From contig CAYXJO010000007.1 in NCBI GenBank assembly GCA_964465205.1, forward strand, positions 5,228 to 69,227: 64,000 nt of DNA. The letters are read 5' to 3'. The notes beneath the pieces were generated by a model. It was given only the letters and a program-made list of their open reading frames with translations, did not search any database and was not told the origin of the DNA. Below are positions 1-9,627 of this stretch, in pieces. The stretch is from an uncultured Gammaproteobacteria bacterium. Lineage in GTDB: Bacteria; Patescibacteriota; Patescibacteriia; Magasanikbacterales; GWA2-37-8. The position numbers and the translations under genes were made by a program. Position 1 is the first letter of the stretch; the number at the start of each line of letters is the position of its first letter.

Positions 1-232
1 CGCTGATCAATATCTCGTCAAGGTGCTGTTGCCCGCGCGCCCGCACCTCGGGAGCATCGAGCTCCTTGGAATAGGGCGTATAGACAACTTCCGAAAAACT
101 TTTGCCGTCTTTGATGGCGCGTTTGATCGCCAAGACGACGTAGCCTTTCGGGACCGTGACGTCGAATTCGGAATTCACGCCGTTATGGGATTCTTGGCGT
201 ACCTTGAATCCGACTTTGTCGGCGCGACCCTT
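1..232 (-). CDS. Partial ORF (runs off window start) continuing in the same frame immediately after the TAA stop of the 233..661 ORF; C-terminal extracytoplasmic part of a membrane-anchored protein
   Basis: Hand translation of the minus strand from 232 to 1 gives KGRADKVGFKVRQESHNGVNSEFDVTVPKGYVVLAIKRAIKDGKSFSEVVYTPYSKELDAPEVRARGQSHLDEILIS with no stop and no internal Met. The plus-strand ORF 23..601 is an F/R/H-rich antisense shadow. Confidence 0.3.
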
Positions 233-661
233 TTAGTCGATGGTGATTTTTTCGATCGTACCCGTCTCCTCGTTCACCACCGCCAGCAGCGTGTTGAAAC
301 TGCACAGCGATTTCGCCGTATAGGTTCTCAGCACGCGCTTTTTGCCCGTTTTTTTCGCCACCATTTTTTTGCCGTGTTTGTCTTTTTTGCTTTTGGTGGC
401 CACGACTTTTTTGGTGGTTTTCGTGCAGACTTGGAAGCCAGCTTCCTGGTCTTCCAGCAGGTCCTTTGCTTCGGCGATTTTGTCGATCACATCGAAGTTG
501 GTGAACTTCGGCGTAATCTTTTTGGTCTCGACTTTCACGGTCGGCAATGTCGGGCCAACCGGAGTCGGGCGAGAGTTGTGAAACACGATGCCCGCGACTA
601 GCGCGATCATCAGCACAGCGGCCACAGCGGCCACGACCAACAGTTTCTGCTTCTTTTTCAT
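233..661 (-). CDS. Hypothetical signal-anchored, Lys-rich protein (N-terminal TM helix), ends at an in-frame TAA
   Basis: Starts MKKKQKLLVVAAVAAVLMIALVAGIV (signal or TM), with a Lys-rich linker. The ORF continues in frame after the TAA. Confidence 0.45.
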   Translation of the reverse strand: MKKKQKLLVVAAVAAVLMIALVAGIVFHNSRPTPVGPTLPTVKVETKKITPKFTNFDVIDKIAEAKDLLEDQEAGFQVCTKTTKKVVATKSKKDKHGKKMVAKKTGKKRVLRTYTAKSLCSFNTLLAVVNEETGTIEKITID

Positions 662-852
662 CTATTTTTACCTCGTTTGTATGGGTTTCTGGATCACTTT
701 CCTGGGAGCGAAAATAGGCAGAGTGCCTACTTTTGTCCGCAGGAAAGTTTTTGTAAAGAACAGCTAAATAACCAATCAGTATAGCACAAAAATGGGGTTT
801 TGTCAAGGGTTTTGGCCATTGTTAGCCAAAAAATAGAGTTTGGCAAATAAAA

Positions 853-950
853 AAGAACAGTATATACAATTTTGGCGCCTTATGAGTCCACATCGATCCA
901 ATAATTAATATTCGGACGAGCTGGGCAACAAAATTGTATATACTGTTCTT
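853..950 (-). terminator. Perfect 22-bp inverted repeat (aagaacagtatatacaattttg / caaaattgtatatactgttctt) around a 54-nt loop, followed by a T-run on the minus strand; giant-loop intrinsic terminator for the 958..2832 gene
   Basis: Arms at 853-874 and 929-950 are perfectly complementary. The minus-strand RNA has TTTTTATTT right after the stem. It sits 8 nt after the stop at 958. Confidence 0.5.
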
Positions 951-957
951 GAGTTAT

Positions 958-2832
958 TTATAGCGCAATCTCATCACCCATAAAGTCTATACTTTGCCCG
1001 GTAACAGTATCATCGGCCGTCACATGTACTTTACCCACCACCATATTTTGAGTAGGATTTTTCTTGTTGAGCACCACATTCAATGGTAGTGCCAATACAT
1101 CTACTCCTTCCGGCATTTCCGGCACGGTCCAAGTAATCTTCTTTTCTGCGTCATCGAATTTTACTTCGCCGGCCGGGACATTTTGGGGGGTAGTAAAAGT
1201 AGTGTCGCCATAGATGTTTGCCGACAATTTTATATTTTTTAGCGCGTGAAAATTATTGGTGATAATCCACTTGATATCATAGGCGTCTTTTCCGTCCGCG
1301 CTGTTTACGCTGTGGCGATTTTCAAACTTTAGATCCGAATTCAAGGTGACAGTAATCGGCGCCGCGTTGATTGTTTGGTTCGCACCCGTACCATCGGTGT
1401 AATTGATTTTTGCGCCAATAACTACTTTGGATTCGACAAAATCCGACAATGTGGCAGTGTCGGCGTCTTTGATTGGCAAGCTAAAGTCAATGTTTATCTC
1501 GTTGCCGGGTATTATTTTGGCGAGTTCGGGTACTTTGCTGGTGTTCCAAATTATTTGCCCGCGTCGCACAGTATCACTTAATTGTTGCCCGATGATGTCG
1601 GCGTCATATTTATCATTGATCGCTTTCCAGTTCAGCAAACTTTGATTTTTTAGCGACGGCGCGTCGATATTTATTTTTACTTGTGCTTTTTTCATGTCAG
1701 TTTCGCCGGTGTTTTTTATATTGAGTGTGAAGTTCAAAGTATCACCGGGTTGTGTGGAGAAGTCTTTCAGATTACCGTTTATGGCTACACTAAAATTGGT
1801 TACATTATTTACCAGCGCGATCGGCAAATTATTTTCCGCGATTTTGAATTCCTGATCCAATAATTTTATGGGCAAAGACAAGGCCGCGCGCATAGGTTCG
1901 GTCGAAGATGTGGAACTATCGGAATAAGTGCCGCGCAAAGTAAATTTATAGCCAGACAATGGCGGCGTGCTTGTACTATTTGGGTTGAGTATTACTGTCC
2001 AGCGATTTTTTTCCAATTTGGGACTAGAAGTAACCAAATGAAAATTGGTCGGCAGTACCGGATCTAAATATAAATTTTCCGGTATCCAGTTGCCGGAATT
2101 TTCTAACGCGAAAGTATATTCCACTTCACTGCCAACCGTGGCTTTGTCCGGGCCGGTAATTTTTACGGCTAATGGCGACTTATCCATTTGGAGGTTGAGT
2201 ATGGCTGTTTTTTGTAATTCGGAATTAAAGTTTTCCGGTTGATAGTTCAAAAACACGCGCCAAGAACTCGCCTGTTCGGAAGCGCCATACATTTTGCCGG
2301 TGATAGTAATAGAATTTTTTTTGTAAGGCACTAGAGTGCCCAGGTCCCATTCGGTATGGCCGCCGTTTTTGGCGGGGATGGAGCTGTCGATAAATACAAA
2401 CCCATCGGGATAACGTATGCTTAGTGAGGCGTTCTTTAGATTAATGTTTTGATTGTTGCGGTAGTCGATTTTATAGGTGGTGGTAGCGCCCATGGTCGCG
2501 TTCACAGGTCCGTCGACCGTCAGCATCACTTGTGAGTCAGAGAATTTGTTGCTAGTGGGTAAAATAAAAAATCCAACCCAGGCTGCGGCTGCTAGTACCC
2601 CGCTCAAGATCAACAGAGAAGCAAAAAACCTAACTACAGGATGATTTTGTTGTTTATCTATTTTTTTCATATTGGGCAATCGACCGGCATCGTCTTGATA
2701 AATGGCGTTAATCGCGCGGTTGATTTCCGGGGCGTTGGAGGTTTTCTTGACAGCTGGCTTTCGGGGCGCGCGTTTTTTTGGCTTTGGCTCTGGAGCAATA
2801 TCTTGAGTAGAGAATTCAGGTGTGTCTGGCAT
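958..2832 (-). CDS. Hypothetical membrane-anchored cell-surface protein (basic cytoplasmic tail, one TM, large extracellular beta-rich CARDB/DUF11-like region)
   Basis: A 624-aa ORF with ATG start, TM segment VVRFFASLLILSGVLAAAAWVGFFIL, and a long T/N/S-rich extracellular part typical of CPR surface proteins. Confidence 0.6.
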   Translation of the reverse strand: MPDTPEFSTQDIAPEPKPKKRAPRKPAVKKTSNAPEINRAINAIYQDDAGRLPNMKKIDKQQNHPVVRFFASLLILSGVLAAAAWVGFFILPTSNKFSDSQVMLTVDGPVNATMGATTTYKIDYRNNQNINLKNASLSIRYPDGFVFIDSSIPAKNGGHTEWDLGTLVPYKKNSITITGKMYGASEQASSWRVFLNYQPENFNSELQKTAILNLQMDKSPLAVKITGPDKATVGSEVEYTFALENSGNWIPENLYLDPVLPTNFHLVTSSPKLEKNRWTVILNPNSTSTPPLSGYKFTLRGTYSDSSTSSTEPMRAALSLPIKLLDQEFKIAENNLPIALVNNVTNFSVAINGNLKDFSTQPGDTLNFTLNIKNTGETDMKKAQVKINIDAPSLKNQSLLNWKAINDKYDADIIGQQLSDTVRRGQIIWNTSKVPELAKIIPGNEINIDFSLPIKDADTATLSDFVESKVVIGAKINYTDGTGANQTINAAPITVTLNSDLKFENRHSVNSADGKDAYDIKWIITNNFHALKNIKLSANIYGDTTFTTPQNVPAGEVKFDDAEKKITWTVPEMPEGVDVLALPLNVVLNKKNPTQNMVVGKVHVTADDTVTGQSIDFMGDEIAL

Positions 2833-2862
2833 AAATAAAAATAATTTTTATAATTAATTAAG

Positions 2863-5490
2863 TTATTTATTTTGAGCGAGCAGGCTCCAAATATAATCTT
2901 TGTCCAGATTCATGTTTTCAATGGCTACGCCGTTGGCGGCGATTTTGATATTATGGCCGTCTTGCCAAATCGGTTGCCAGCCGGTGGGTAAAATTATCTG
3001 GCTTTCAAAAGTGCTATTCGCGCCCGATTGATTTTGGGTTACCAGTTGATATTTCAAAGCGGTCTTTAGCTCGTTCCCCAAAAATAAATTTTGCCAACCA
3101 GCCGCCGGTGTATCAGCAGAATAAATTTTGGCTTTGAATGGCAGGCGATAGACGAAATGCACTTGGGTGGTTTGGCCCGGTTCGGTGATCACCCAATTGC
3201 CAAAAGCGGTTTTACCGAATTCATTGGTGATGCGCGTGCCACTTTTGTTGTCGATGCTAGTCTCCTTTTCGATTTGCGCCAAATCCGCGTCTTTTTTGGC
3301 CCATTTATCAGGAGCACGGAAATGACTTTCGTCTGGCCAAGTGAACCCGCTGGCTTCTATTAGTTCGCTGTTGGCCGGTACATAGATTCGTAAATAATCC
3401 ACATTGTTTACTCCGTATAAATCTTCGTTCGTGTTACCCGTGTGGGCACGAGTGATAATTACCGTGTCGGTAATACTACCGTCGTCATTGATAACCGCTT
3501 GATGACTAATGGTTTGGTTTATGCGGGCGTCGCTTTTTTGTCCACCGATGTTAGTGTTGACTACCATCAGATAATCTTGCTCGGAGTTAGTGTCCGCAAT
3601 TTCTCCGCCCCAGCCGTATTTTTTGATTGTTTGTTCCGTATCGTAATCGGTAAAATAAGCTTGGATATCTTTTTGGCGCAAAGCATCTTGTAAATTGGTG
3701 AGAATTGGTACGATATATTCCGGTTTAATATTTTGAAAATATTCCAAAAATTGCGGTGCCAAATCCGCGATAATTTGTTTGGGCTTTTTGGTAGCGCGTG
3801 TAGAAGTACTTTCTACTTCTTGTTGAATAGTGTCGAGAGCATTGTCGGCAGAAATAGTGATATCTCGTTTTTCATCTTGAATCGGACCAATGATGCCGAG
3901 CAGTCGTTCCAGCACCGAAGCGTTTATGGCCACTACGCCATCCACTGTGATTTCGCGGCTTTTACGATAGAACCACATCATTTTCTGGGCGCTTTTGGGG
4001 AAATCTGGATACCAGTTACTGTCTTGAAACTGCCATTTATCATTGATAAGTAGTAGTGGGGTTGGCGGTTCAAGTCGTTCGCTTAGTTGTCCTTTTAGAT
4101 CATAAGATCCGCCCGGCGGTATGCTCATATTGATAATTTTGCCGTCGCGTACTTCTAGTAAAGCAAAGCTTCCCACAAAACCACCGGTCGGCCGTAGCTC
4201 GCTGGGATTTTGGAAGACCAGCAAATAACGACGCAAACCTTGGCCGCCAAATATTTCTTTTACGGTTTTACCCAACTCGGATAAATTTTGTAAGTCATCT
4301 AAAACAGTAGTAAATAGAACCTTGAAATCTTTAAATGGCGCTTGATACTCTAGTGGTAGTGTGTCTTCATCTACGGTGCCGAGGTCCTTGAGAGCCGCAT
4401 GATAATTTGGCAGTGCGGCATCCAAATGCTTGATTACCAGATCCAGTCGATCTGTCATTTTGCCGTTGTTTTCTTTTTGGCTTTCAGATAATCCTTTGAT
4501 CAGGTAAGTGTTACCCAAAGCAATTTTTTGTCCAGCCAAGATTAGTTGTTGGCGACTAGTCACTTCGTTGCCAATCATTGGGATGGCCGAAGTCATTTTT
4601 TGTAGCCATTGGTGCTTGGTCTCCATGGTGTCGATGGCGCCGGCAAATTTATTGAGAGCGGTATTAAGAGAATTCTGTGCTCCGTTGATATCGGCATGTA
4701 ATATGGCTGCGGTGGATTCTTGCAACGACATGAAACCTGTCCGACCATCGGACGCGATTTTTTCGGTGGTGAGACGGACGTTGCGATAATAAGAATTGGC
4801 TTGAAATGGGGCGATTAGTATAAGCGCTAAAGCTGCGATAGCGAAGGCGATTTTTTTCCAAGGCAGATTATGTAATGTATTGGTGACAGTAGTCGTGATC
4901 CAGTTTTGAATAATTGTGACGGCTCGGCCGGATAGGGGTTTAAATTCAATGTGTTTTTTGACAGGTTGCACGCTCGGCAGTTCGTTATTGTGTTCGAAAA
5001 CATTGGTGGCGGGTATGCTGTCACGAAAAACAACTTCGTGGGGAGTGAACTGTTCATCTGTGTCCACCCAATTGGTGTGGCGATGCACGTTGATGGTGGA
5101 TTCGACTGGTGGCGATACTGGGATAGATGGTTTGGCCAGGGGAGTTTGGCACGGAAATACCCGGTTTGGTTTTTCGGCTGTTGTTTTGGTCGGTGCCTCT
5201 GGTTTGGATTGATGATACGAATGATAAAGCGATTCGGTCTCGTTGGGTGCAAATGACGCGATTTTTTCTAGCAGATCTATTTTTGGTTTTTTGAGATCCA
5301 AGACATGAGGGGACTGGTGTGGTTCGTGCGCTACGTGATGAATATAAAAATTTAGCCCAGTCTTGGGTGGTTGGACGGTATTGTTTTGAGTTTGTAGAGA
5401 CGAAAATTTTACCGGACAAGTAGATCTGTTGTGTCCGGGCTTGTTACAAACGGAACAAACACGAAGTTGTGCTCGTTTTGTCTTGGGCAT
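2863..5490 (-). CDS. DUF4012 family membrane protein with N-terminal CCHC zinc-knuckle motif
   Basis: An 875-aa ORF. N-terminus CSVCNKPGHNRSTC fits CX2CX4HX4C. Has a TM helix IAFAIAALALILIAPF. Contains the DUF4012 hallmark LVFQNPSELRPTGGFVGSFALLEVRDGKI. Confidence 0.7.
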   Translation of the reverse strand: MPKTKRAQLRVCSVCNKPGHNRSTCPVKFSSLQTQNNTVQPPKTGLNFYIHHVAHEPHQSPHVLDLKKPKIDLLEKIASFAPNETESLYHSYHQSKPEAPTKTTAEKPNRVFPCQTPLAKPSIPVSPPVESTINVHRHTNWVDTDEQFTPHEVVFRDSIPATNVFEHNNELPSVQPVKKHIEFKPLSGRAVTIIQNWITTTVTNTLHNLPWKKIAFAIAALALILIAPFQANSYYRNVRLTTEKIASDGRTGFMSLQESTAAILHADINGAQNSLNTALNKFAGAIDTMETKHQWLQKMTSAIPMIGNEVTSRQQLILAGQKIALGNTYLIKGLSESQKENNGKMTDRLDLVIKHLDAALPNYHAALKDLGTVDEDTLPLEYQAPFKDFKVLFTTVLDDLQNLSELGKTVKEIFGGQGLRRYLLVFQNPSELRPTGGFVGSFALLEVRDGKIINMSIPPGGSYDLKGQLSERLEPPTPLLLINDKWQFQDSNWYPDFPKSAQKMMWFYRKSREITVDGVVAINASVLERLLGIIGPIQDEKRDITISADNALDTIQQEVESTSTRATKKPKQIIADLAPQFLEYFQNIKPEYIVPILTNLQDALRQKDIQAYFTDYDTEQTIKKYGWGGEIADTNSEQDYLMVVNTNIGGQKSDARINQTISHQAVINDDGSITDTVIITRAHTGNTNEDLYGVNNVDYLRIYVPANSELIEASGFTWPDESHFRAPDKWAKKDADLAQIEKETSIDNKSGTRITNEFGKTAFGNWVITEPGQTTQVHFVYRLPFKAKIYSADTPAAGWQNLFLGNELKTALKYQLVTQNQSGANSTFESQIILPTGWQPIWQDGHNIKIAANGVAIENMNLDKDYIWSLLAQNK

Positions 5491-5520
5491 TTGAGGTAAA
5501 AATTGTTTTTTCCACTTATA

Positions 5521-6648
5521 TTATACACCTTTTTGATAAATCTCCCAAGTAATTTTGGCGGTATTTTCCCAAGAGTAGTTGTGGATAACTTTTTGAGCGT
5601 TTTCTCCTAGTTTTTGACGTAAATTTTGATCAGTAAGGGCACGGTCAATCGTTTCAGCCATTTGGGGGTAGTTTTTGGGGTCGAAATATGCGGCGGCATC
5701 TTGTAAAATTTCTGGTAAACAAGTGTAATTTGAAGAAGCTACCGGCACTTTTTGAGCCATAGCCTCTAATGGCGGTAGGCCAAAACCTTCATAAAGGCTA
5801 GGAAAAACGTATAATGCTGCATTATGAAACAAGTTGGGCAAATCAGTGTCTGGCACAAAATCGGTAAAGACTACTGCGTCTCCCAAATTAGCAGCCAGTT
5901 CACTTTTGGCCAGGGTTTCGTAGAAATAATTTTTCTTACCAGCCAGAACTAGTTGGTATTTGTCGCTGTATTTGGCGAGGAAGATTTTCCAGGCCCGCAA
6001 CAATCCGTCTAAATTTTTGTGCGGGAAAGCCACACCTACATAGAGTACGTATGGTTTTGTAATGTGGTATTTGGCTCCGATGTCGGTGTTGGTTGATGCG
6101 GGTAAATTAGAAAGCCCTAACAATGACACGGTAATCTGGTTGGCCGGTACCGCTAATGTTTTGATAATGTCTGCCTTGGTAAACTCGCAAGGCGCTAAAA
6201 TGTGTGTGGCCCGACGTACGGCATGTTGCAAAACTAATTTAAATGCTAAATTTTTGAACCAATAAGTGAATGGTCCAAGGCGACTGGCGGCACGAGTAGG
6301 GTAGTGGAGCAGTAGTAAATCATGAATAGTTACCACAAATGGATCGTTGTAAAAAAACGGTACGTTCCAATGCGGAAAATGCATCAGGTCAATTTTGGCC
6401 GATTTAATTATTTTTTTGAAAGAAATTTGTTCACGCCAACCATACCACGGAATATCAGCGAGAACTTTTTGGAAGCTAGGATTAGCGGGCGAATATTCAT
6501 CCCAGTTGTTTTTTCGTAAAAAAATAATAAATTCAAAATCCGGCCGAGCTTCGGTCAGTTGTTCGAGGTGTTTAATTAGCTGCTCAATGTAACGTCCCAG
6601 GCCGCCTTGGCGCGGGCCATACATGCGGGCGTCGATACCGATGCGCAT
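5521..6648 (-). CDS. Glycosyltransferase family 4 (GT-B, GT4/GT1)
   Basis: A 375-aa ORF. C-terminal FPSLYEGFGLPPLEAMA (EX7E motif) and overall GT4 architecture. Confidence 0.85.
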   Translation of the reverse strand: MRIGIDARMYGPRQGGLGRYIEQLIKHLEQLTEARPDFEFIIFLRKNNWDEYSPANPSFQKVLADIPWYGWREQISFKKIIKSAKIDLMHFPHWNVPFFYNDPFVVTIHDLLLLHYPTRAASRLGPFTYWFKNLAFKLVLQHAVRRATHILAPCEFTKADIIKTLAVPANQITVSLLGLSNLPASTNTDIGAKYHITKPYVLYVGVAFPHKNLDGLLRAWKIFLAKYSDKYQLVLAGKKNYFYETLAKSELAANLGDAVVFTDFVPDTDLPNLFHNAALYVFPSLYEGFGLPPLEAMAQKVPVASSNYTCLPEILQDAAAYFDPKNYPQMAETIDRALTDQNLRQKLGENAQKVIHNYSWENTAKITWEIYQKGV

Positions 6649-6654
6649 ATTAGT

Positions 6655-7722
6655 TTACATGCCGGAATAAGCTTCAAAATCGTAATAAAGTTTGTCCTTT
6701 TTACCAGTTTCAGTTCGGTACTTTTCGGTAGCGGATATTATTTTTTTGGCTACCGATATAGTATATGCCGGTCTAGATTCAAACCCTGTTTCTCGGCAGA
6801 ACATTATACCAGAAGCTCCGTCGAGTACTATATTAGTTAAATCAAGTATGTCAGAGCGAGTAGGAGTATAGTTGTGAATGGTGCTTTCTAGGATTTGTGT
6901 AGATACAATAGTGGGTTTACCATACTTACGCGTGTTTTCTAATAAGATTTTTTGTTGTATGCCAGTCTGTTCAAATGGGGTGTTAACGCCCATTTCACCC
7001 CTGTCGATCAAAACATAATCATAGAACTTATCTTGCACAATTTCTTTAATATCATCAACACCCTTTTGGTTTTCTATTTTAATAATAATTTTAGGGTACG
7101 AATTGTCTACTTTAAACTTAAATAATTTTTTTATTTCTTCGTTTGTTTCTTGATTTACGTATGAAAAGGCGTAATAGTCGGGGTTGTGCTCCTTTACCCG
7201 GTCAATTATCTGTCGGTATTGTTCGATGGTGTTAGTAGTATTTATACGATGGCCGGTATTCAACGTCTTTAAGTATTGTATGATGCCGTTATTCAAGATT
7301 TTGACTTTCACAGTGCTTTCGTCGATTATTTCAATCACCTGCAAAGCTATTTCACCATCACCAATTGTTACAGTTTGATCAACTACTAGCTCATCACCTA
7401 ATCTAGGTATTTGTATGGGTATAAACTGGTTGCAATCCGGTGAGTACGATGCTGACTTGCAGATAAATTCTTCCCCCTCTCTCACAGAGAAAGTTTTTCC
7501 GTCAAAATCGCCCAAACGTGCTTTGTTTATGGGCAAATCAATGAGAATTTTAGTTTGCGAGTTTAAGTCGTTGATTACTCCTTGTATGATTTTTACGTAT
7601 TCGATATTTTCGTTTATATTACGACGAGAAAAATTAATACGAACAACATTGGCGCCGGCCAGGATAATTTTACGAGCTTTTTGTTCGGTAGTATTTTGGC
7701 CAATGGAGGCTATTATTAACAT
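6655..7722 (-). CDS. pyk: Pyruvate kinase, short form (A and B domains only, no C-terminal allosteric domain)
   Basis: MLIIASIGQ..ANVVRINFS matches the PK N-terminus and NFSHG motif. LIDRGEMGV matches MVARGDLGVE. STQILEST..PTRSDILDLTNIVLDGASGIMFCRETG matches ATQMLESM..PTRAE..DG.D.VMLSGETA. The listed start at 7731 is TTG; the ATG at 7722 is used. Confidence 0.6.
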   Translation of the reverse strand: MLIIASIGQNTTEQKARKIILAGANVVRINFSRRNINENIEYVKIIQGVINDLNSQTKILIDLPINKARLGDFDGKTFSVREGEEFICKSASYSPDCNQFIPIQIPRLGDELVVDQTVTIGDGEIALQVIEIIDESTVKVKILNNGIIQYLKTLNTGHRINTTNTIEQYRQIIDRVKEHNPDYYAFSYVNQETNEEIKKLFKFKVDNSYPKIIIKIENQKGVDDIKEIVQDKFYDYVLIDRGEMGVNTPFEQTGIQQKILLENTRKYGKPTIVSTQILESTIHNYTPTRSDILDLTNIVLDGASGIMFCRETGFESRPAYTISVAKKIISATEKYRTETGKKDKLYYDFEAYSGM

Positions 7723-7736
7723 ACGTAACAAGGGGG

Positions 7737-8909
7737 TTAATCAAATAGTTCTTTTATTATAGTGCCGTTGGCGATTGTTTTTAAACGAAAATTGTAATTG
7801 ATCGTTTGGCCCAGATCCGCAAAAGTTTTTCTTTGACCGAGCCATATTTTTTGTTTATTACTTTTGGAAAAAGCAATCAGCGGTACACGCTCACGACTGT
7901 GACCGCGAGTGAATACAGTCGGATCACAGCCGTGGTCGGCAGTGAGTATCAGCAAGTCGCTTGTGGTGAGATTTTTTATAATATTGCTTAGGTATTTATC
8001 AATTTCTTGTAGTTTTTGTCCATATCCGATTACGTTATTATAATGTCCTAACATATCAAACTCGCGTAAGCAGAAAATCATGACGCTTTGTTTGGTGTTA
8101 TTAATAATAGTTTTATTGATTTTTTTGAGTAAGGGTAAATTTTCTATGTGATCCTCTATTGATTGAATATAGTTATCATCACCGAGCAAGCTTTTGATAT
8201 GCGCAGTAGTAATTATTTTGATCTTTTTTTGTTTGATGTAATTGAGCACCGATCGATTAAAGAATTTTTTACCAACCAATACAAAGTATTTTCCTCGTTT
8301 GCGTTGGAAGTTGCCTAGTTTGCCTACAAACGGACGAGTGATGATGCGAATTATCCCAAATGGCAGAAGTTCCTTGGCCAGTTCTTTTCCGATCGCATGT
8401 AATCTTGTGGCTGGGATAATTTTCTCGTGCGCGGCCAACAAAGCCACTCCGTCTTTATCAAAATAGATAATTGGTCCGCGTTTTTGAACATGTAAGTTAT
8501 AGTATTTATTAATTGCTTGGACGCCGGATATATATTCGTTCCCAACCAGTGGAACGCCTAATCTTTTTTCGATCTCTTTAAGTTTTCTTTGTGGCAATCC
8601 GCAAGTATCACTACGAAAACGTTTTTTGAAGACAACGCCCAACATCTCCCACAGACCTGCCATTGTGTCGTTGCCCGCGGTACGCGCATTCATATTACCG
8701 CAACAATAAGGGCGAGGTGCTTCTTTGTCGAAGAGGATCTTTTTCAGACCCATACGTTCTAGTAATGGCAACTTAAAATTACGATTATGTTTATAAACGT
8801 TTAACAAGGTATTGCAAGTGTGTGGGTGGAATTTTTTATAGTCCTTTTGCACTCCACACCCCACACTGTCCATGATTAGAATTATGACGCGTTTGTATTT
8901 GCGGTACAT
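7737..8909 (-). CDS. deoB: Phosphopentomutase
   Basis: VIILIMDSVGCG, TRPFVGKLGNFQRK, LLILTADHGCDPT and RKTFADLGQT match DeoB motifs (ARPFIGxxGNFQRT, ILTADHGCDPT, RETFADIGQT). The 390-aa length fits. Confidence 0.85.
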   Translation of the reverse strand: MYRKYKRVIILIMDSVGCGVQKDYKKFHPHTCNTLLNVYKHNRNFKLPLLERMGLKKILFDKEAPRPYCCGNMNARTAGNDTMAGLWEMLGVVFKKRFRSDTCGLPQRKLKEIEKRLGVPLVGNEYISGVQAINKYYNLHVQKRGPIIYFDKDGVALLAAHEKIIPATRLHAIGKELAKELLPFGIIRIITRPFVGKLGNFQRKRGKYFVLVGKKFFNRSVLNYIKQKKIKIITTAHIKSLLGDDNYIQSIEDHIENLPLLKKINKTIINNTKQSVMIFCLREFDMLGHYNNVIGYGQKLQEIDKYLSNIIKNLTTSDLLILTADHGCDPTVFTRGHSRERVPLIAFSKSNKQKIWLGQRKTFADLGQTINYNFRLKTIANGTIIKELFD

Positions 8910-8949
8910 AATGCATAAACACCCCTGACAGTATCAAGGGTGTTTCAGT

Positions 8950-9627
8950 TTAGTTTTCGCTGATTTTGATGGCCGGGCCCATGGTGGAACAGAGTACCAA
9001 GTTTTGAATGTAGGTGCCCTTGGCGGAGTTCGGTTTGGCTTTCTTAAGAGCTTCGAGAAAAGCTGCCAGATTATCTTTCAGATTGGCTTCGGAGAAGCTC
9101 ATCTTGCCGATCATCTGGTGCACATTAGAAGTATCGTCGTTTTTAAAAGTGATTTTACCCTTTTTTAGTTCTTCGATCATTTTTTTGATGTTTGGACTCA
9201 CCGTCTCTGTTTTCGGGTTAGGCATCAATCCTTTTGGACCTAACACTTTGGCGATCGCGGCGAGCTTTGGCATCATGTCAGGGGTGGTTACCGCCAACTC
9301 GAAGTCGATTTTACCGGAGTCTTTAATTTTTTTGATATCTTCTTCGCCGTAGACAAGGTCAGCGCCCGCTTCTTTGGCTTCTTTCTCTTTGTCAGCAGCT
9401 ACGAAAGCAGCGATTTTTTTGGTCTTACCGGTGCCGTGGGGGAGTACCACCGTAGCACGAATTTGCTGTTCGCCTTTTTTCGGATCGATACCGAGTTTGG
9501 CGTGCACTTCTACGCTGGCGTCAAATTTTACACCAGATGTTTCCTTGACCAATTTAATAGCTTCGTCCCAAGAATAGGTCTTGTTCTTGTCCACTTTGGC
9601 TGCCGAGGCAGTCAGTCTTTTTGACAT
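8950..9627 (-). CDS. rplA: 50S ribosomal protein L1
   Basis: MSKRLTASAAKVD...VHAKLGIDPKKGEQQIRATVVLPHGTGK is a clear L1 match. Start moved to the ATG at 9627, since the first 17 aa of the listed ORF are non-L1. There is no rplK next to it. Confidence 0.9.
   Translation of the reverse strand: MSKRLTASAAKVDKNKTYSWDEAIKLVKETSGVKFDASVEVHAKLGIDPKKGEQQIRATVVLPHGTGKTKKIAAFVAADKEKEAKEAGADLVYGEEDIKKIKDSGKIDFELAVTTPDMMPKLAAIAKVLGPKGLMPNPKTETVSPNIKKMIEELKKGKITFKNDDTSNVHQMIGKMSFSEANLKDNLAAFLEALKKAKPNSAKGTYIQNLVLCSTMGPAIKISEN

Noticed and set aside
23-601. 192-aa plus-strand ORF at the window start (also 183..806 minus)
   Set aside because: F/R/D/H-rich antisense frame of the real minus-strand gene. 183..806 overlaps in another frame without signals.
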